The notes below the pieces were generated by a model. The model saw nothing but the letters and a program-made list of their open reading frames with translations. It did no database searches and had not been told where the DNA came from. A DNA stretch of 64,000 nt, taken from positions 682,001-746,000 of the forward strand of contig NW_027590192.1 of NCBI RefSeq assembly GCF_964213995.1, written 5' to 3'. A program made the translations under genes and the position numbers. Shown here piece by piece: positions 36,757 to 48,700 of this stretch (position 1 is its first letter; every line of letters starts with the position of its first letter). Source of the DNA: Mustelus asterias. Lineage: Eukaryota.

Positions 36757-37909
36757 AATATCAGAATACAGAACACAGCAGCAACACAGCTTCGGACCCT
36801 TAGTAATAGGTTTATAAAGCCTGCATCACCCACCCTCCACCTCAACAGTGGAACTAAATGAGCCAAAACCTGAAATGAGAACTTGAATGTTTTTCTGTGC
36901 GACCGAAGAGCGGAAATGGCAACTTAGATGACAGAATGACAGGTTTTCTGACAGATGTCACTTTCCATCAGCCCTCCAATCTATATCACTAAAATCGATG
37001 ACCTGATTATCACTTTGTTCTTTGTGGAGTTTGAAGCGAGCCTATTAACTGCCACGTCTCCTATATTAAGACAGTGATGAAAATTCGAAGACTTCTTTGG
37101 GTGTAAAGCTCTTTGTGAAGTCCTGATGTCATGAACGGCGGTATATAAATGGAAGTCTTTCTTTATTGCCTTTGAGAGACAGCGTGCGAATCAGAATCAG
37201 AAGATGGGATGCAAACGTTTACACTGAGTGCATTTTAACCGTTACATCAAACTCAATATCAGGAGTTTCTTTCTCAGTATCTTTCGGAATCTGTACATCT
37301 TCGTGTCACTCTATAGCTCTTCACCTCGACAACCCTATCTCTGAACTTATTGTGTCCCTCACCATGTCTCTGCACCGGGAAGGAAGGTAGTGGAAGAAAT
37401 ATGCAGACAAATTATGCAACAATAGTAATGGAGATTTATATTGTCTCGTATTATTTCTATGCAAGAAATCGGTAAAGGAGGTAACCGAATAGCTTCTACG
37501 ACTGGTTTTAGATGCTTGTATCATCCGAAATGTTGGAAGAAACACCAACAAGGGAAGATTTGCTATTGTATCTTGTAGTCGGGAAGAAAGCAGATCAGAT
37601 CCGAGAAATAACTGGAGGGGAACGTTCAGCAATACAGATCATACTTCCTCATTAAGAGGTTCGAGATGAGTAAGTGTTTGACGGAAATCAGCTAACCACT
37701 TGATTCAGTGACAGGTATCCTGAATGGTACACAGTGAACCAGAATGTTTGAGTGATTCAGGTAGATGACTGAAAATTCAATAAATAAACTCTCATGTCTG
37801 TTTGAGCTACATTGCTGGAAGTAAGCTTACCAGCGCTGCTCCAATTACGTTTGCATAAGGAATATGGAGTTTAGGGAATGCAGTTGATGAAAAGATCAAT
37901 AATTGTCTT

Positions 37910-38228
37910 CGAATCCATACAGTGCAAAAGGAGGCCATCAGGCTCTTCGAGTCTGCAGTGACTCTCCGACAGAGTATATTTTCCTGGTCCTCTCCTGCTC
38001 CATCACCGTAACCCCACAGATTTATCGTGGCGATTTATTCTAACCCACAAATATTTGACAAGTTGGAATGCTGAACGCATCTAACCTGCACATCATTGAA
38101 CTGTCGGAGGAAAAGGGGCACCCCACACAGACACTGGGAGCATCTGCAAACTCCACGTAGCCTGGAACTGAACCCGGATCCCTGGAATTATGAGGCAGCA
38201 GTGCTAACCACTGTGACACCACTGTACC
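37910..38228 (-). mobile_element. Old HE1-type SINE
   Basis: Degenerate gaggcagcagtgctaaccactgtg head and tail. Confidence 0.7.
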
Positions 38229-39283
38229 ACTTAATGACAGCCAAGCACGCATGATGGGGTGAATGGCCCATCGCACGATCTGCAAATATTATGGAGTTGC
38301 AGGATTCCCTTGGTGGTTTACACACTTCGCTGTGCGGATGTGAGCAGTGAAGGTAAGGTGGTGCTGCTCCATTCGATGACTGTCGATAAAACGCGAAATG
38401 AAGCCAAGGTCTGGTCCACTACTTTTGCCTTCACCGTCTTTGCCCGGGTGCAGACAGCAGCGGAATGAATCGCTTCAGCAATTGCTGATGGCGAGTAGTG
38501 GGGCTGATCAACAAGGAAGGATCACTGCTTAAATCCGGTGAACATTATCCATTTCCAAACAATCCAAGGGCAGAGAACACACGTGACCTTAAATGTATGT
38601 CGCTAACTTTAGCTATCGGCTTCTTATTTACACCGCCAGTCTCATGGTCTCTGGTAATGACGGATTCATTAAATGTGACAAATACAAAGGGCACATTGAT
38701 TGTCAGGTAGCAATGTGAAAACTCCGCAACGTCGGTAAGTCACGCCACCTGCTGGTGGTTTCGGGTAGCTTTGTCGAGTTTGTCAAACTCTGTTGTCACC
38801 GCTTGAATTATTTGAATTAATTTCCAGTCATTTGATAGCGATAAGGAGGTTTACAAAAAAATGAGAGGTTGGTATAACAGAGAGACGGAAGCAATGAGAC
38901 AGAGTTATGAGGAAAGTCGTATAAGACACAGAAGGAACCAGAAAATGCGATTTTTTACAGCTCTCATTTATTGGCGGGGAATATCCATCAGTTCCGGCAG
39001 AGTAGCCAATCCTGTCTCTTGGAAATGCCCCTCAGTTCCTCAAAAAATAAACCCAGATTATAACAGGGGCTACCCTTTACACTAGATTGGAATCACCGGC
39101 AGAATTAGAGCATTTTGTTACTTTGTATCGAGATGTATACACGGAAACCATGTGTTCTCCATGCTCCTTACTGATTATAATGATCTTGCTGCCCGGCGGG
39201 TCCATTATTAAATGGTAACCATGTCATCCAGTGGTTATTTTTAAACCCTGACTTTTGAGCTAATCTGTATTTGTGTGACATGA

Positions 39284-39603
39284 ATGAGTGGCAAAACTTC
39301 AGTGTTCCAGGCTCATTTCGAATTGACAATTGGGGAAGGACAGTGTGGACTGGACTGCCGTTACTTGATAATCTACACTACCCCCACTCTACTCTGGTAC
39401 ATGCAGTCTTCCGGGGAAGCTCCGCGATATTTGCTGAAGAAATGTAGCTTAGGGGGTGAAGAAAGGTCCCCAAACCGAGGTTCTCTGCAGATTTGCTGAA
39501 GGGAAACAAAACAGTTCCTTTATATCTTCTGTCGAATAGTGCCGTGTATTTCCGTGCGATGGAGACACATAGATACATGGAGCGGATCCAGGAGACGAAA
39601 CTC
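39284..39603 (+). pseudogene. TCR V pseudogene
   Basis: SVFQ..LDCRY..LLWYMQSSGEAPRYLLKK, then frameshift, RFSADL.., NSAVYFRAME (second Cys lost); degenerate RSS cacatag-22-acgaaactc. Confidence 0.8.
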
Positions 39604-40756
39604 CCCAGAATTGGAGTTCCAGTTGGTGGCCAGAGGATGGCGCTGTCACACCGATAAATAGGGACAAGAATTAAACTCAGTGAGAGTCACAGGAATCTTC
39701 CGAAAAGAACAAAATATAATCCCCCACAAGAAGAGGTGAGGGACACGTTCGGAATTGTATTAGTTGGTTTTAACTCGCGTTCATAATTAAATTCGCCTTT
39801 ATAAATCTATTTGATCTATTTCATTGACTTAGTGTTTTGAAGCTGTTTCCGTGCCTCTCTGTAACATTAAACAACTCTTCCTCATCTCCCCTTATAGATT
39901 TCTGGAGCCTTTGGCCCGAGACCAGTTCTCTGGTTTTTTTGATCAGACTGTGCTGTTGCGTAAGAAACAGTTTATGAAAAATGAACAGATTTCAGAACTC
40001 TTTGACTTTGATCATTCAATTGAATTTCACAATGTTTCCCAAACAGTATTCAACTAGTCATCTGATTTACAGAATCGAGGAGCAGCGACAAACAGTTGAA
40101 CAAGCCAGATATGATAAGAAGTTTAATGCTACCCTGGTATCAGGTGGAGACAGTCAGGGAGATGTGGAAATTGGCTGCTCGGATTTGTTTGAGAAATCAA
40201 AGTCACAACTTTATGAAATGTGTTCAGGGTGTGCAAGCTGTCTGGAATGTAGCAATAGTGATCAAATAAACGCTATGAACAGCTCACCCTCAAAGGCCCA
40301 GAAACTGAAAAGGGAGATGGAGCGAATGGTGTTCAATATGGTAAGCAGGCATGGAAAAATAAGGAAAGGACAAATAGGGACTTCGGGATCAGAGGACGTC
40401 ACACAAACATGGAGAACTGTCCGTCTGCTGTGTGTGTGGCGCTTCACGGCCAGGTTTGACGGATGTTTGGGATTTTATCACCCAGGGCTGATTTTAGAGG
40501 AATACAGAGTTGATTAGCAGCAGAAGGGACGATTTAATTGACACATTCATTATGTGATGGACTTGTCGGCCTAAAACGGTTCTGCAGTTTGTTTCCTCGG
40601 CCTCTCCTGGAAACAGTTGGGTGACAGTTGATCCGAGGTGAATATGGTTTCCTGTCGGTTTGTGTTTGAGCGGCTGACAGCGCCGCTGCTCATTGTGGCT
40701 GCATCTGCCAGAGGTTCTATACAGCAGCGAGGAGCTCTGACTTATCTTGCTGAGAC

Positions 40757-40795
40757 AGTTTTTGTACAGGAGTCAAACTGCTTTCCATCACTGTG
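40757..40795 (-). promoter_or_regulatory. 23-RSS
   Basis: CACAGTG-23-ACAAAAACT on the minus strand. Confidence 0.97.
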
Positions 40796-41254
40796 AGGCT
40801 GAAAGCGCAGTAATACACGGCCGCGTCGGACAACTGCAGATCCGAGATAGTCAAACTGATGGATTTCTTCGGGATTTGGAAGTCAGTCGAGAAACGGATT
40901 TTAGCAAAATCTGCTTTATATTCATTACCCCGCGAGGGCCTTCTCAGTATGTACTCGGGCTGGGAGTCTGGATGCTGTCGGTACCAGTATAAATTATAGA
41001 TGGTTTCTGCAGTATCATAGTTGCAGTTTAATGTCACCACGTCTCCTTCTGGCTTAACATCTGAGGACAGCGGCTGAGTGACAGAATCTCCATGGCTCAG
41101 ACCTGGAAAATATGTTCAAATAGATAAAGAAAAGAGTGATGTGTAATCAACAGTAAGATTCCACCCAAGTTTTGGAAATGAGAAAACTAACGTGATGCCC
41201 AGAAATACCTGTTAGAAATGCCCCCCACACAATCCAAATGACGAGTATCTTCAT
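40796..41254 (-). CDS. TCR Valpha/Vdelta gene segment, apparently functional (leader 41254-41209, V exon 41102-40796)
   Basis: Leader MKILVIWIVWGAFLT; DSVTQ..LNCNY..WYRQ..DAAVYYCAFS; same family as the V at 4115. Confidence 0.93.
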
Positions 41255-42010
41255 TGTTTCTGTCCGCTCTGTGAAAGCGGAATTGGTTATTTGAAGACAC
41301 CCATTCTAAATCCCCACCCTTAATAATCTGACGACATTTCTCAGAGGCTCATGCGTCAGATTATGTGTCTCGTGTCTCGCCAGTGGCACCCTGAGATTGG
41401 TAACTGCTCAGATGACTGTCAGTGAATAGAAGCTCCCCAACCTGTACTACATTCGGTGTCACTGTTGGGCGAATTGTTCCGCTTTGGAAACGGGGTGTCA
41501 AGAAAAAAACCTTCATTTTGTTATTGGAACGGAGGAGCAAGGAGTGTTGATACATTTGGTGGATTTCCAATCAATGTTCTGTGCACATTCTCTTAATTTA
41601 AGCATCCGAGCATTAGTGCCTGAGCCTCAGTGAGAGTCCAGAGAACGGTGGAGGCTGTGGGCCACTGAATAATTTTAAAACTGAGTGAAACCAACATTTT
41701 AACTAAAATGTATGCCACGGTTCAAGAAGATCAAGGCAGAAAAGTGGATTTAAACGGAAAATCAGATGAACTGTAATCTGACTGAATGTTAGAGCAGATT
41801 TGCAGGCAGTCTAATTTTTATGTTCGAATGTTGAGTTATCGGTGGATGGGCTGTGAATACCATGCAATCTTCTTTGTTTTACTGAAGGTACAGAGAAATC
41901 AATCAATGAAGTCTAGTTGCCTGTATATTATTCCTGAGATAATGTAAAGCGTGTACTGTGGGTGCTGTCCTGAAAGCTGGCCATGCACTGTTGGAGAACA
42001 GATATCCACT

Positions 42011-42047
42011 CCATCTGACGAAGGAGCTGTGCTCCGAAAGCTTATGG
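42011..42047 (+). ncRNA. Minimal type I hammerhead ribozyme motif in a Penelope-type fragment (to ~42105)
   Basis: CCAT-CTGACGA-A-GGAGC-TGT-GCTCC-GAAA-GCTT-ATGG: intact core, stem I CCAT/ATGG, stem II GGAGC/GCTCC. Confidence 0.6.
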
Positions 42048-42874
42048 TATTTGCTACCAAATAAACCTGTTGGACTTTAACCTGGTGTTGTGAGACTTCT
42101 TACTGTCTGAAATCAGCAGGGTTAGGATATGAAATTGTCATGGTGCAGCTAATTGTGACATTGCCGTTTCTTCAAAGGTCCACTCAGAGACAACACGATG
42201 CACTGTGTGGTTGTGATCCCATTCTGATATAATGTACTGGGAAGAGTCAACTTTAAGAACTTGCGCTTTTTCTTATTAATTATTATCAACATGGGGGTCA
42301 CTGGACAAGTAGTTCAAGGGCCCAGAATAATGCTTTGGGAAAATTAGTTCAAATCCCACCATATCAAATCGTTATATTTCAATTCGATTTTGGAGAAAAA
42401 TGGTCAAAATTTAAATTTAGAAAAGTCAAGGTTAAATTTAAATGTGATGAATTGATATTGAAAGCTCGTCGCATTGATGGTGCTGGAACGCTTTCACTGC
42501 AAATCCACCAAGTTCACTAATGCACTTTGTGGAAGGAAATATGCCATCCTAGCGAGGCCTGGAATGTGTGTGATTGCAGAATAACAACAATATAACGAAT
42601 TCTCAAATATCCCAGCCCGGTTCGAGGACAAAAGGTGATGGACAGAAATATTGTCTTGTCACCGACGCCCAATTAATAATTTTTAAAAAGAGTTCATATC
42701 ATTTGAATAATGGCAATGCCTGAGTTACAGCGGTCAGGAGAACAGCATATTCTTTACTTTCAATTGGGAAGGAAACGCTAAGTGAGAAGTGAGAAAACTG
42801 ATGAGGAGAGGTCGGTTGTGGTTCTGCTTCCTTCTCCCCGAGCCTATAACTCTACAGTTCGGGAAATATCCCCG

Positions 42875-43081
42875 TAACACTAAGGGGCAATTTAGCATGA
42901 CCAATGCACCTAACCTGCAAGTCTTTGGACTGTGGGAGGAAACCGTAGCATCTGGAGAATACCCACGTAGACACGGAGAGAACGTGCAAACTCCGCACAG
43001 ATAGTCACCCAAGGCCGGAATTGTATCTGGGTTCCTTGCGCTGTAAGGCAGCAATGATAACCACTGTGCCACCGTGCCGCT
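42875..43081 (-). mobile_element. HE1-type SINE (5' part)
   Basis: Reverse complement head gcggcacggtggcacagtggtt and V core. Confidence 0.8.
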
Positions 43082-44149
43082 CATTCAGTAATGCAGGACA
43101 CGTGAGGTAGGCCAGAGAGTGGGGGAGACAGAGAGCAGAAAAAATAGACTGTGGACTTTGTTGCCAATAGCAACGGTATGCCAATGGTACCAGAGACATT
43201 GTCCGTGTCATTTCAAGTTTGGAGAAACATGTGACGACTGCGCCCTCTGACGGTGACTCAGGGTACGTGACACTGTCCGCAAGCGCAAGGTTGTCGATGG
43301 GCAGACTCCAGCGGTCTTTTATTGAGAGACGTGTTTTCAAACAATTCAACGATGTAAACACACGCTAGGGAAATATAAATGAATTGAAAGAACAGTGCAT
43401 TCTGTGTCATTTCTGAATCTCTTCCTTTCTGTCCTCCCCCCATCAGTTGGCTTTGTATTTCGCACTCGTAATGTCTCACTTTCTTTCATTTCTCCTTCCA
43501 TACTTTTCTAATTGGTTGTCCTCTGCCTGTAATCCTAAGCAGAAAACGATTTCCAGAATTTTGACGCAAGGAACGGCGATATGGTTCAAAATGAGGATGG
43601 TGTGTGGCTTGAAGTGGTGCCGCAGAATGTGGTGTTCTTGTGCATCTGTTCCTCTTCTCCTGAGAGATGAAAGAGATTCCGGATTTCGAAGGTGCTATCG
43701 AAGCAGGCCTGGCGGGTTAATTTAATCAAAGTTTCAAGTACATACATTAACTTATAATGGAAGACTGTGGTTTTGTTGGTTAACAAATAAGGATCATTGG
43801 ACACCGTTATTTTTAAGAAGGTTTGTTTACTGATGAGAAACGTTGCGCAAACCTGGTTATCCAGATTGCCGAGTGACATTGATTTATAGAGTCCACTCTC
43901 TAAGCCTCTTGTGTTGTCCACCTCCTCCTCTTCCAGTTACCATGCCCCAAGAGGGCATTGGTGACCATGGATGTCCATTTGATCGCTCTGTGATTTCAAA
44001 GTACTCCAGCGGTCTGTCATTGACTTCTGCAGTATTGTTGACCAGGTATCGGTTCCGTTCCCATCACCTGCCATCAGCAATACTGAAAGGATTTCCAGGC
44101 TGATAATCAACGTGTTGACCTCGTTAAGAACGTGACCATCAAGTTTGGT

Positions 44150-44695
44150 AGTTTGTGTTCTGTGGAACGAAGGGAACTTGGCTTGTTTGTCCACAGATGT
44201 CTGAAAGAGGAAGGGTATGTTAGTAGGGTGGTGAAAAGGGCATACGTGACACTTCACTTTGTCAATCATGATATAGGTTGCAAAAGCAGGGAACTCATGT
44301 TGGAACTGTGCAGAACTTTGGTGAGGCCACAGCTTGAGTACCGTGTGCAGTTCAGGTCGCCACATTCTCGGAAGGATGTGATTGCAATGCAGGGGGTGCA
44401 GAAGATATTTACCAGGATACTACCTGGGATAGAACATTTAAGTTATGAAGCAAGGTTGGGTAGGCTTGGCTTGTTTTCGTTGGAGCAGAGAAAACTGAGG
44501 GGCGACCTGATCGAGGTGTACAAGATTATGAGATACACGGACAGAGTGGATAAAGAGCAGCTATTCCCCTTAATTGAAGGGTCAGTCACAAGGTGAAATA
44601 GGTTCAAGGTGAGGGACAGGAGGTTTCGGGGGAATGTGAGGAAAACCTGTTTACCCAGAGGGTGGTGACAGTCTGGAGTACGCTGCCTGGGAGGA
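44150..44695 (+). mobile_element. CR1 LINE fragment
   Basis: ORF LVRPQLEYRVQF..LFSLEQRKLRGDLIEVYKIM. Confidence 0.88.
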
Positions 44696-44769
44696 TTGCA
44701 AAATCTCTTCCCATCATTTTCTTCCAAGTCCCGCAGTTTGATTTGAAACAGAACAGCTTCTGTCTTTAG

Positions 44770-45923
44770 CTTCACCACAGACTCAAACTTCACCACAGAC
44801 TCAAACTTCACCACAGACTCAAACTTCACCACAGACTCAAACTTCACACACAGACTCAAACTTCACCACAGACTCAAACTTCACACACAGACTCAAACTT
44901 CACACACAGACTCAAACTTCACACACAGACTCAAACTTCACACACAGACTCAAACTTCACACACAGACTCAAACTTCACCACAGACTCAAACTTCACCAC
45001 AGACTCAAACTTCACCACAGACTCAAACTTCACCATAGACTCAAACTTCACCACAGACTCAAACTTCACCACAGACTCAAACTTCACCACAGACTCAAAC
45101 TTCACCACAGACTCAAACTTCACCACAGACTCAAACTTCACACACAGACTCAAACTTCACCACAGACTCAAACTTCACCACAGACTCAAACTTCACCACA
45201 GACTCAAACTTCACCAGACTCAAACTTCACACACAGACTCAAACTTCACCACAGACTCAAACTTCACCACAGACTCAAACTTCACCCACAGACTCAAACT
45301 TCACCACAGACTCAAACTTCACCACAGACTCAAACTTCACCACAGACTCAAACTTCACCACAGACTCCAACTTCACCACAGACTCAAACTTCACACACAG
45401 ACTCAAACTTCACCACAGACTCAAACTTCACCACAGACTCAAACTTCACCACAGACTCAAACTTCACCACAGACTCAAACTTCACCACAGACTCAAACTT
45501 CACCACAGACTCAAACTTCACACACAGACTCAAACTTCACCACAGACTCAAACTTCACACACAGACTCAAACTTCACCACAGACTCAAACTTCACCACAG
45601 ACTCAAACTTCACCACAGACTCAAACTTCACCAGAGACTCAAACTTCACCACAGACTCAAACTTCACACACAGACTCAAACTTCACCAGAGACTCAAACT
45701 TCACCACAGACTCAAACTTCACACACAGACTCAAACTTCACCACAGACTCAAACTTCACACACAGACTCAAACTTCACACACAGACTCAAACTTCACCAC
45801 AGACTCAAACTTCACCACAGACTCAAACTTCACACACAGACTCAAACTTCACACACAGACTCCAACTTCACCACAGACTCCAACTTCACACAGACTCAAA
45901 CTTCACACACAGACTCCAACTTC
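44770..45923. repeat. Minisatellite, 18/19-bp unit CTTCAC(C/AC)ACAGACTCAAA, roughly 60 copies
   Basis: Directly visible. Confidence 0.97.
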
Positions 45924-46291
45924 CTCCTCTGACCAACATCTGTGAGGAAAACACTTTCTTTCTGCCCCTGGGAAATACAGAGACAGAGAAATTCTCTGGA
46001 ACTGGAATTAGAGCCAAATATACTGAGGGGGAAATGTTTGTGATTTTGTGGAACCTGTTTTTATTGTCCGAGCTTTTTAAAGTGTAATTTATCTTGTCTA
46101 TTCAAATACTGTTTCTTAATGAATGATTCAGTGATGTTAATTTTAGATTAATTTTTAAAGTAAAATTTTTTAAAAATGAAACATTGTCTTTCAGTTTATT
46201 CCATTGTGATTTGTGGGAATGTGTTTATTATAAGGTGACCATGAGGATCGTAACAACATTGATATGTCTGGTGTTGTTATATGGTGCATAT

Positions 46292-46491
46292 GATGTGGAG
46301 ATGCCGGTGTTGGACTGGGGTGGGCACAGTAAGAAGTCTCACAACACCTGGTTAAAGTCCAACGGGTTTATTTGGAATCATGAGCTTTCAGCGCGCTGCT
46401 CCTTCTCACCTGATGAAGGGGCAGCGCTGTGAAAGCTTGTGATTCCAAATAAACCTGTTGGACTTTAACCTGGTGTTGTGAGACTTCTTAC
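46292..46491. mobile_element. Penelope-type palindromic insertion with 14-bp target-site duplication
   Basis: Flanked by tatatggtgcatat (46278-46291 and 46492-46505); arms are reverse complements; TCAC-CTGATGA..GAAAGCTT-GTGA motif. Confidence 0.75.
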
Positions 46492-46838
46492 TATATGGTG
46501 CATATTAGATATATTATTTATGGATTTGTATTACAGTTGATGTTGTTTAATTCCAGAATAGTATTGTAACTACTCTGTATATTTTCCAGTCAAAGAGTCA
46601 GCAGAGCACAAGATAAATCAATTCAGCAGCTTGAGTCCGTGCCCAGTCTCTGTCGGGGAATCCACTCAGTGCCATTTTTCCTCCATATCCCTGTTCCCCA
46701 GTACGTTTAATTCCTTCAAGTGCCCGACAAATTTTATTTTGAAATCACTGGTCATCTCCACTTCCACCACTCTCATCGTCAGTGAGTTCCAGAACATGAT
46801 TGCTTGCTCCCTAAGTCAAGTTCTTCTGCATCCATCTG

Positions 46839-47036
46839 TCATAGAATCATAGAAACCCTACAGTACAGAAAGAGGCCATTCGGCCCATCGAGTCTGCACC
46901 GACCACAATCCCACCCAGGCTCTACCCCCATATCCCTACATATTTTACCCACTAATCCCTCTAATCTATGCATCCCAGGACACTAAGGGGCAATTTTAAC
47001 ATGGCCAATCAACCTAACCCGCACATCTTTGGACTT
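46839..47036 (-). mobile_element. 5'-truncated HE1-type SINE
   Basis: 3' half of the family. Confidence 0.88.
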
Positions 47037-47390
47037 TAATCTCTAATCTCTAATCATGTATCTCTAATCATGTAATAGAGTTCTGAATATTGCTTACATT
47101 TTTAGTCCACTAAATATGCAAATTTTTTATATGCTTAGACACAAGCCTGTGTGAAGATTTCGGGAATATGTGTCCTGTACATGAAACAGTCAGCACGGAT
47201 CTGTCGATTAGGATGAATCAGCACCCTCAGGACAATGTCTATTTCAGGTCCAGCAAAGTGAGAATGGAGGGATGAAGGTTTACAAATTTTCAAGAATGAG
47301 AGGAAAGAATGTTCCACAGAAACTAGAATTGTCTGTTCTGAGTTTTTATCCTGTATTGACAGCAATGATTCTTGTGAATTTCTTTCACAG

Positions 47391-48700
47391 GCTATTAGAA
47401 GGGGAGAATTTACAGACACAAATCTCAACAAACATGACGTTAGGATCTGACAGAGTCACCCAATTATTCAGGATCTGAATACCATCGGCATTTGAAACTA
47501 GAATGGGAAATGTTTGTCTGTCCCTTCAAACTGTTTAAACATCAGTGTGACTGGAAAATCACTGAGACACATTCACTCGAGTGAGAGTATTCCAGTGAAC
47601 TGACTGTGGAAAGAGCTTTAACCAGTTACACAGCCTGGAAAAGATTGAAGGATTCACAGTGAGGAGAGAGACCATGTATGTGTTATCTGTGGGGTCAAAC
47701 CTTCATCTGAACCTGGAGATGTACAAAGACACTCAGACCATGGAAATGTAGGGACTGTGGGAAGGGATTCAATTGTCCCTCGAAGCTGGAAACCCTTCGA
47801 TGCAGCCACACTGTGGAGACACCGTTCACCTGCTCTGAGTTTGGAAGGGGATTTCGTGATTCATCCACCCTGAGGAATCACCAGCGACTTCACATCAGGG
47901 AGAGGCCATTCACCTGCTCTGAGTGTGGGAAGAAATTCAGCGATTCGTCTGCCCTGCTGACACACCAGCGGGTTCACAATGGGGAGAGACCATTCACCTG
48001 TTGTGTGTGTGGAAAGGGATTCACTCAGTCATCTACCCTGTAGAACCACCAGCGATTTCACACGGGGGAGGGACTGTTCCCCTGCTCAGAGCATGGGAAA
48101 GGATTCACTCACTCATCCCTCCCACTGACAAACCAACGCATTCACATTGGGCCGAGGCCATTCATCTGCTCCAAGTGTGGGAAGAGATTCACTCAATTAT
48201 CTGGTCTGCTGAGACCCAAACGATTACACACTGGGGAAAGGCCATTCATCTGATGTGTGTGTGGGAAGTGACTCAGTGAATCATCCAGTCTGCTGGAATA
48301 CTGAGGCACCTCCCCCAATAAGAAACCTGTTCAATGCTCTGACTGTGGGAGCTGCTTTAAAACCTGAGCCTACCTGAGGGTCGACCAGCGCATTCACACT
48401 GAGGAGACCCCGTTCAGGCGCTCTCACTGTGCAAAGAGGTTTAGAACATCATCTGACCTCCTGAAACATCAGGGAATTCACACTGGGGAGAGACCCTGAT
48501 AATTCCCACTCACTTTCAGCGATTTCTCATAAAACCTACCAGATTGGAAGCTTCTGCCTGAAATTTTATTTTCCCTTAGTTTCCAAACTGAGACCATTCA
48601 CCTGCTCAGTGTGTGGGAAAGGATTCACTTGTTCATCCAAGCTGCTGAGGCACCATGGCAGGCACACCCATTAGTGATCTTTTGGATGCTCTGACTGTGG
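47391..48700 (+). pseudogene. C2H2 zinc-finger pseudogene
   Basis: Repeated [10 protein letters not shown]...HQR.H units with stops and frameshifts; acceptor region homologous to that of the intact gene (58165-58320). Confidence 0.88.

Noticed and set aside
44443-45153. ORFs with VVKFES repeats
   Set aside because: Artefact of the 18-bp minisatellite
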